Assembly (NCBI GenBank): GCA_000092065.1
Contig: CP000583.1
Direction: 5' to 3' (one strand)
Source of the DNA: Ostreococcus lucimarinus
Lineage: Eukaryota
Length of the DNA: 64,000 nt
The notes below the pieces were generated by a model. It made no database searches, was not told the origin of the DNA, and worked only from the letters and a program-made list of their open reading frames with translations. This document shows, piece after piece, positions 58,507-64,000 of this stretch. Position 1 is the stretch's first letter; every line of letters starts with the position of its first letter. The translations under genes were made by a program, and so were the position numbers.

Positions 58507-60432
58507 ATGCGCGCGGCGGTGACGCGGGCGACGCCGGGGGGGCGCGCGGGCGAGGCGAGCGGGCGGGGGGGAGGGAGGGCGCGCGCGGGGACGCGCGGGA
58601 CGCGGGCGACGCGGGGACGCGCGCGATTCGTGGCGACGCGCACGAGCGGTAGCGTGGGGGACGCGGAAGCGCAGGAGGGAGATGAGCCGGACGTGAACGA
58701 TATGTTCGCGGCGGCGGCGAATGAAATGCAGGCGTCGGAACGATTGGAGCGGGACATTCCGGAGTCGATGACGGTGAGGAAGTCGGCGCCGAGGACGATG
58801 GCGTCGTTCGACGGCGCGGACGAGGATGATGAGGGGAACACTGTGTTGGAAACCGTTCTCGATGTCGCGCGCGATCCGGAGAAGGTCATCAAGGGCGTTG
58901 CCGCGGCGGTGACGTTGGGGACGGCGTACACGGTGGCGAGCGAGCCGGCCTTGGCCGCGGGAGGGGCGGCGGCGGCGCTCCTCGTCATCAAGGTTCTCGA
59001 AGCGTTGGCGAAGGAGGGAGATCAAACTCCGGCTGAATTCCAAGCGTCGCTTAAGAAGGATATCAAACCGTTGATGGAAAAGTTGCCGAAAGATTTCGAC
59101 GCGGAGGCGCTCACGAAGAAGGCGTCGGAGACCGGGGCGAAACTCTTTGAAAGGGCGCAGTCGGTGACTGATTCTTTCGATGAGGTGTTTGGTGGGTTGA
59201 ACTTTGGTGGCGACGCAGACGATGAAGCCGAAGCCGCGGCTTCCAAGTTGCTTGAAATCCGTAGGGCGGACGAGAAGGCTGCGTTGGAAGCGCAAGCCGC
59301 CGAAGACGCCGCGGCGTCGTTCGCCGAAACCGAGGCCAAGGCCAAGGCTGACGCTGCCGCCGCCGCCGCCGCCGCCGCCGCTGAAGCCAAGGCGAAGGCT
59401 GACGCCGAAGCCGCGAAGATTGCCGCCGAAGCCAAGGCGAAGGCTGACGCCGAAGCCAAGGCGAAGGCTGACGCCGAAGCCGCGAAGATTGCCGCCGAAG
59501 CCAAGGCGAAGGCTGATGCCGAAGCCAAGGCGAAGGCTGATGCCGAAGCCAAGGCGAAGGCTGACGCCGAAGCCGCGAAGATTGCCGCCGAAGCCAAGGC
59601 GAAGGCTGACGCCGAAGCCAAGGCGAAGGCTGACGCCGAAGCCAAGGCGAAGGCTGACGCCGAAGCCGCGAAGATTGCCGCCGAAGCCAAGGCGAAGGCT
59701 GATGCCGAAGCCAAGGCGAAGGCTGACGCCGAAGCCAAGGCGAAGGCTGACGCCGAAGCCGCGAAGATTGCCGCCGAAGCCAAGGCGAAGGCTGACGCCG
59801 AAGCCGCGAAGATTGCTGCTGCCAAGGCGAAGGCTGACGCCGAAGCCAAGGCGAAGGCTGATGCCGAAGCTGCGAAGGTTGCCGCTGCCAAGGCAAAGGC
59901 TGATGCCGACGCCGAAGTTAAGGCGAAACGCGCGGCTGAAGCTGAAGCCAAGAAGCGCTCGCAAGAGGAAGCCGAACAGAAGGTTGCGCAACAAGTGATG
60001 GCGGCACAGAAGGTGGCGAAGAAACAAGAAGAGTGGGAGAACTCTTTGCTAAAATTGCAGTACAGCGAGCAGATCATTGAAGATATTCGCGTCGCGGACG
60101 CAAACGCGGTTGAACGCGCGCATGCGCGTCGCCTCGGATTGGATTTCACCCCAGAAGTGGCAAAACAAATGCCAGGAACCGAGTACTCTTGGGGCTCGCA
60201 GACGAACGTCAAACCTGGTGAAGTGATCAGCGCTTTGAACTCCGCCGATGAAGGTTTTGCGTCGTCGAAGAACCGCGCTCGTTCGGCGCTCGGATTGCCG
60301 CAGAAAGACGACCAGCCGGTGGCGGAGAAGCAAGAGCCGTGGTGGGCGACTTTCATAAGAGTTTTCGTGAACATGTTGATCGCTGCCGCCATCGCTGCGT
60401 TCACGTACTTGGTCGTTCGTAGCATGCTGTAA
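58507..60432 (+). CDS. Tail-anchored protein with transit-like N-terminus, helical N-domain, ~190-aa (AEAKAKAD / AEAAKIAA)n array and C-terminal TM helix
   Basis: Non-repetitive N-domain (MFAAAANEMQASERLERD...KLFERAQSVTDSF), 24-bp coding tandem repeats 59340-59900, C-terminus EPWWATFIRVFVNMLIAAAIAAFTYLVVRSML*. Confidence 0.6.
   Translation: MRAAVTRATPGGRAGEASGRGGGRARAGTRGTRATRGRARFVATRTSGSVGDAEAQEGDEPDVNDMFAAAANEMQASERLERDIPESMTVRKSAPRTMASFDGADEDDEGNTVLETVLDVARDPEKVIKGVAAAVTLGTAYTVASEPALAAGGAAAALLVIKVLEALAKEGDQTPAEFQASLKKDIKPLMEKLPKDFDAEALTKKASETGAKLFERAQSVTDSFDEVFGGLNFGGDADDEAEAAASKLLEIRRADEKAALEAQAAEDAAASFAETEAKAKADAAAAAAAAAAEAKAKADAEAAKIAAEAKAKADAEAKAKADAEAAKIAAEAKAKADAEAKAKADAEAKAKADAEAAKIAAEAKAKADAEAKAKADAEAKAKADAEAAKIAAEAKAKADAEAKAKADAEAKAKADAEAAKIAAEAKAKADAEAAKIAAAKAKADAEAKAKADAEAAKVAAAKAKADADAEVKAKRAAEAEAKKRSQEEAEQKVAQQVMAAQKVAKKQEEWENSLLKLQYSEQIIEDIRVADANAVERAHARRLGLDFTPEVAKQMPGTEYSWGSQTNVKPGEVISALNSADEGFASSKNRARSALGLPQKDDQPVAEKQEPWWATFIRVFVNMLIAAAIAAFTYLVVRSML
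59340..59900 (+). repeat. 24-bp coding tandem repeat array (gccgaagccaaggcgaaggctgac; higher-order 72/96-bp units) encoding AEAKAKADAEAKAKADAEAAKIA...
   Basis: Near-perfect DNA repeats visible 59341-59900. Confidence 0.9.
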
Positions 60433-60491
60433 ATTTCGCGCATAAGGACACATTTAATGAGCAAACTTGATCTTATCATTACACTTCTCGT

Positions 60492-63467
60492 TTAGGACGC
60501 TTTCAGTAGAACCTCGAGGATGGAGTCGGGCGCGATTCTTGCCACGTCGTCGTCGTCCGCAATCAAGGTGTCCGGTACCTTGAAAATCTGAAGCACTTGC
60601 ACGGGCTTAACTCTGAATTTGAGCGCAATCTCTTCTCGTAGTTCAAGGTACGTCTGTCGACCGAAAGGAATCTCGCGATAGTAACGCTCATTTGGAACCT
60701 TCACCTTGAGAGACACCGCTTGGTCGATAGGAAGTCCGATGGCTTGCTTGTCGACCTTGGCACGCATTCGGCGCGTATTATCAATGATTGTCGCCGCGTC
60801 TTCTGGCGTTAGCACCGCCGCTTCTTGCAATTCGGTGAAAAATCTAATCTTCAACGTCTCTGGACGAAGCTTTGCCGGTACTGATGCTCGTCTGGTTATC
60901 GTGAGATGCACATCGAGCAGAAATCCATGCTTGACGTCGTACACGAGTTCAATGATGGGGAGGTATCCTTCCCAACGCGTGATATCTTCCTCTTGCCACC
61001 TGACGCGCTGAATTGTGGTATCACCATTCGCGACACCATCTTCGCCAATGATAGCTTTGAACGCCAAATACTCGTCGAGAGCGTCGAGATTCATTGGTTT
61101 GTTCACCTTGATGCGATATGAAATTGCTCCCGCAGACTTGTCATCGATCGCCCTCGTTAAATAATACACGCCAAACGCAACCCCGACCCACGTACACATG
61201 CTAAGAATGAACCAGACCAGTGGTTTGTTCATAAACGGATCAACAATGTACGATCGAGCCCACTCTGTGTGCACGACGCTCCATTCGCCAGTGAGTCTGT
61301 CGAGCAACTCAAACGCAAGCATACCCGCGAAAATGAACTGCATGGTGTATAAGCTTGTCCCTTGTTTGCTGTTCGACTTGATTTGCACCAGCATCTCTCC
61401 ACTACTACCGCGAATGTCTTCGTGCACGCGCAACGCCTGCGACTCGGCTACTGTGTCCACCATGATTCGTAACCCATCGATTTCTTTGCGCGCCGCCTCG
61501 AGGATTTTCCGCATATCCGCCACACGAACCGTGAGATCAGCGAGCATAACTTTCAGGCCAAGGATTTCATAAAGTCTTCTTCCGCTTTCAGTATCTGGAA
61601 TGGTGTGAATACTCTCGTCTTGTTCGATTGATTCCTTCAAGTACACCAGGATTTCCTCGAGCAAAATGATGTCGCGCGAAGTCTCAGCGAGAGTGTGACG
61701 AATATTCGCAACACTGTTCGGATCTTCCTCGTGATTTTTAATCATCTGCCGGACGAGCTTGAGAATGTCATCCGTCATAAATATTCTGTTGAATACGTTG
61801 TGCACGAAGACATCTCTGGACATGATGGACAGGTACATCAACATCACTGGTTCCTGCGCCTTGGCGTTTGGGCCCGTGAGTAAGATGCCGTGAGAACCGG
61901 TGATGACGACATCACGGTCGCTCAAATCGTACGCTTCGTGCGTATCACCTAATACTTGTCTTAACTCGTTTTCGAACGCGTCCTTATCCATGTACATGTC
62001 CGCAGCCTGTTGCGGGGCAATGCGCTCGGCGATGATGATGTTAATTTTGTCTCGTCGTTCGGCGTTACCGAGGAAAACAGTTTGGAGCAAATCACGCTGA
62101 TGATCGCTCAATAGCGAATCTAAAATCGTACTTGAGTCCATATGCACGTCCACGAGTAAGCGCGCCAAGTTATCGAGCGAGATATTGTCCAAAATTCGAT
62201 CCATGACTGATTCAATCATCAAACCGTGCACAATGGTGCCGTCTTTGCGCAAGTGAATGCCAAAGTGCTCGACTTGCACGATACCATCGTCCTCAGGGAA
62301 GTGTACTTGAGCCTCAATGTTGGTGAACGTCGTCATATCATGGTCCAAAATGCTTACATTTGTCAAACCAGCTGGGATCTCACACGTTGCGTTGGTCGAG
62401 TCCGTATCCACCGTGGGGGTGAAGAATCCGCCCTGACATCTGTCGTTTGATCCCAGCTTCATGTTCAACTTGACGATTTGATTCACTCCGAACGGAATCC
62501 ATTCACCAACTAAGATTGTCACGTTGGATACCGTCATGACCTCGTCCAAATCATCGCGAATCGTGCTGTCTTTAGCCGCGCTCTCCGACGCTCGGTGCGA
62601 ATTTGACGACGTCACGGGACCACCTACACGCCGTAAAGCCAACGGAAGATACGGTGATACGACGTACGACACGTCTTCTACATCAGTTATTGTCGATTCG
62701 AACGAAATCGTTTCATTTCTCAAGTAAAAGGTCTCATCTTCCCACACCACTTGCAAAAGTTTCCCGTCGGCGACGCACAGCTCGTCCACCAACTGTCGAT
62801 CCTCTTCGCTCATGCGCTTACTCACGAGCGCCAACCCAGCGGCGGTGATCTGAAACGCCAAAACGCTCTGATGTTCCGCACTGCTCAGCCTCAACCCACG
62901 AATGAGCTCTCCCTCGATCAAATCGTCCAAATCGTCCACCCCCTCCTGCGACACGTTCAAGTACAAGCGCGTATTCTTCACCACCGTCGACTCCGGCGCG
63001 TAATCGTACTCGAACACCTTCTGCACGATCCCCTCATAAATCAACACCAACAGCGGCAACTTCCGCACCCACACCTCCTTCTCGTACGCCGACTGCGCGC
63101 GGTGCGAATACTTCGACACCAAGTACAACAGCTTCAGGTGGCTCACCGTCCAGTAATCGTCGTGAAACTCTCGACGCACTCTCGGCGTCAACCGCGCCGT
63201 CTCCGCCCTCGCGTCGACCAACGGTTTATCCTCGTACCCACTCCCCATCGTTTCCCACCCCCCCCCGCCGCGCCCGTCCTCGCCGTCGTCCTCGCGCGCG
63301 CCCTCGCGCGCGCCGTTCCCCCGCGGCTCGCGTCCCATCGTCGTCGTCGTCGTCCCCCCCCGCGCGTCGTCGCGCGTCCGCTCGCGCCGCACCGCGCCGT
63401 CGCGCACCGCCCGCTGCGCCTCGCGCGCGCCCGCGTCCGCGAGTCGCGCGATCGCGCGCGCGTCCAT
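60492..63467 (-). CDS. Large conserved hypothetical protein (~990 aa) with two C-proximal TM helices in a CorA/MRS2-like topology (no GMN motif) and a ~250-aa tail ending in a ubiquitin-like/PB1-like segment
   Basis: Long non-repetitive ORF; coiled-coil then TM1 SLYTMQFIFAGMLAF and TM2 PLVWFILSMCTWVGVAFGVYYL; C-terminal LKVKVPNERYYREIPFGRQTYLELREEIALKFRV..VLQIFKVPDTLIADDDDV. Confidence 0.5.
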   Translation of the reverse strand: MDARAIARLADAGAREAQRAVRDGAVRRERTRDDARGGTTTTTMGREPRGNGAREGAREDDGEDGRGGGGWETMGSGYEDKPLVDARAETARLTPRVRREFHDDYWTVSHLKLLYLVSKYSHRAQSAYEKEVWVRKLPLLVLIYEGIVQKVFEYDYAPESTVVKNTRLYLNVSQEGVDDLDDLIEGELIRGLRLSSAEHQSVLAFQITAAGLALVSKRMSEEDRQLVDELCVADGKLLQVVWEDETFYLRNETISFESTITDVEDVSYVVSPYLPLALRRVGGPVTSSNSHRASESAAKDSTIRDDLDEVMTVSNVTILVGEWIPFGVNQIVKLNMKLGSNDRCQGGFFTPTVDTDSTNATCEIPAGLTNVSILDHDMTTFTNIEAQVHFPEDDGIVQVEHFGIHLRKDGTIVHGLMIESVMDRILDNISLDNLARLLVDVHMDSSTILDSLLSDHQRDLLQTVFLGNAERRDKINIIIAERIAPQQAADMYMDKDAFENELRQVLGDTHEAYDLSDRDVVITGSHGILLTGPNAKAQEPVMLMYLSIMSRDVFVHNVFNRIFMTDDILKLVRQMIKNHEEDPNSVANIRHTLAETSRDIILLEEILVYLKESIEQDESIHTIPDTESGRRLYEILGLKVMLADLTVRVADMRKILEAARKEIDGLRIMVDTVAESQALRVHEDIRGSSGEMLVQIKSNSKQGTSLYTMQFIFAGMLAFELLDRLTGEWSVVHTEWARSYIVDPFMNKPLVWFILSMCTWVGVAFGVYYLTRAIDDKSAGAISYRIKVNKPMNLDALDEYLAFKAIIGEDGVANGDTTIQRVRWQEEDITRWEGYLPIIELVYDVKHGFLLDVHLTITRRASVPAKLRPETLKIRFFTELQEAAVLTPEDAATIIDNTRRMRAKVDKQAIGLPIDQAVSLKVKVPNERYYREIPFGRQTYLELREEIALKFRVKPVQVLQIFKVPDTLIADDDDVARIAPDSILEVLLKAS

Positions 63468-63734
63468 CGTCGCGCGCGCGTCGCTTAGTGCGACGCGCGC
63501 GCGACGCGAACGGGCGCCGCGGGCGCGCACGGTGCGCGATGCGGGACGGGATTTCGTGACGCGTTTTTACCCCGATCGATCGATCGGACGTTGGACGCGC
63601 ACATAGCACTAACGGCGCGTACACTACGCGCGACGCGAACGAATAGGGGCGCGACGCGGGACGGGATTTTGTGATTTGACGGCGCGGATTCGATTCGATT
63701 CGATTCGACGCGACGGGCGTCGGACGGCGACGCG

Positions 63735-64000
63735 ATGCCGGCGGTGGACGACCCGAAGTGGCGCGACGACGAGCGCAAGGGCGCGCCGGTCGTCACGCTG
63801 CACACGACGCACGGGGACGTGACGGTGGAGCTGTACTATAAACACGCGCCGCGGACGTGCGAAAACTTTTTCGAGCTCGCGAAGCGCGGGTACTACGACG
63901 GGACGATCTTCCATCGCGTGATCGCGGAGTTCGTGATCCAGGGGGGGGATCCGACGGGGACGGGGCGGGGGGGGGAGAGCGCGTTCGGCGGGACGTTCGA
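63735..64000 (+). CDS. PPIL1: Cyclophilin-type peptidyl-prolyl isomerase, PPIL1-like (5' partial, runs off window)
   Basis: MPAVDDPKWRDDERKGAPVVTLHTTHGDVTVELYYKHAPRTCENFFELAKRGYYDGTIFHRVIAEFVIQGGDPTGTGRGGES matches PPIL1 closely; not in ORF track because no stop codon in window. Confidence 0.8.
   Translation, partial: MPAVDDPKWRDDERKGAPVVTLHTTHGDVTVELYYKHAPRTCENFFELAKRGYYDGTIFHRVIAEFVIQGGDPTGTGRGGESAFGGTF

Noticed and set aside
57925-60027. 811-aa minus-strand ORF with GFGVSLRLGFG repeats
   Set aside because: It is the antisense reading of the (AEAKAKAD)n array of the plus-strand gene. Its repeat period mirrors that array and it has no independent coding signal. Only its last 111 codons (57592-57924) look like a real gene (ENSA-like).
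1-64000. Prokaryotic-style features (operons, CRISPR arrays, defence or mobile-element cassettes)
   Set aside because: Spliceosomal introns, eukaryote-specific genes (CCT, TRAPP, VAP, PPIP5K, ENSA, RPL39, RPSA) and UGUAA poly(A) signals show this is algal nuclear DNA. The bacterial-type genes (EF-P, SufS, Obg, RsmE, RluA, FtsJ) carry presequences and are organelle-targeted nuclear genes. There are no CRISPR-like spacer-repeat arrays or transposase genes.

Overview
This is a 64-kb, ~65% GC, gene-dense stretch of eukaryotic nuclear DNA. Long uninterrupted ORFs, a few short introns (110-370 bp) with a uniform 5' splice site G[T/C]GCGTG or GTACG, and a strongly conserved branch motif ACTGAC[GC] 15-45 nt upstream of the 3' AG point to a prasinophyte green alga of the Micromonas/Mamiellophyceae type. 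UGUAA-like poly(A) signals fit the same picture. It is not prokaryotic, so there are no operons, CRISPR arrays or defence islands. I call about 34 protein-coding genes, packed head-to-head and tail-to-tail with spacers of 30-300 bp. They include CDKAL1-like methylthiotransferase, FtsJ, organellar EF-P, neuropathy-target-esterase, PPIP5K/VIP1, a plastid-type desaturase, SufS, a PZP-PHD protein, tRNA-IPT, ObgC, a bZIP factor, CCT-alpha, TYW1, a cNMP phosphodiesterase, coproporphyrinogen oxidase, VAP, beta-amylase, a Ulp1 SUMO protease, RPSA, TRAPPC1, phosphoserine aminotransferase, an RluA-type pseudouridine synthase, RsmE, Yip1 and a PPIL1 cyclophilin fragment. Four genes are invisible or broken in the ORF track because they are split by introns: EF-P (3 exons), CCT-alpha (3 exons), VAP (2 exons), and a 51-aa RPL39 gene with an ATG-only first exon. 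An ENSA/ARPP19-like gene is hidden inside a long antisense artefact ORF. The most unusual locus is a 7.2-kb single ORF (40899..48101, minus strand) that fuses a 12-TM permease to a ~1,500-residue E/R/K/A-rich presumed single-alpha-helix rod, a KAKADAEA octapeptide array and a globular tail. A second, tail-anchored gene 10 kb away (58.5-60.4 kb) carries the same octapeptide array written with different codons. Other points of interest are a Trp-rich ESV1/LESV-like protein, a front-end-type desaturase without a cytochrome b5 domain, an unknown 1,012-aa CorA-topology protein, and several promoter-embedded tandem repeats including a (GATC)n higher-order repeat. Hand-derived intron and exon coordinates are approximate (about +/-2 nt). 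The ORF track uses bacterial alternative start codons, so many ORF 5' ends overshoot the real ATG.
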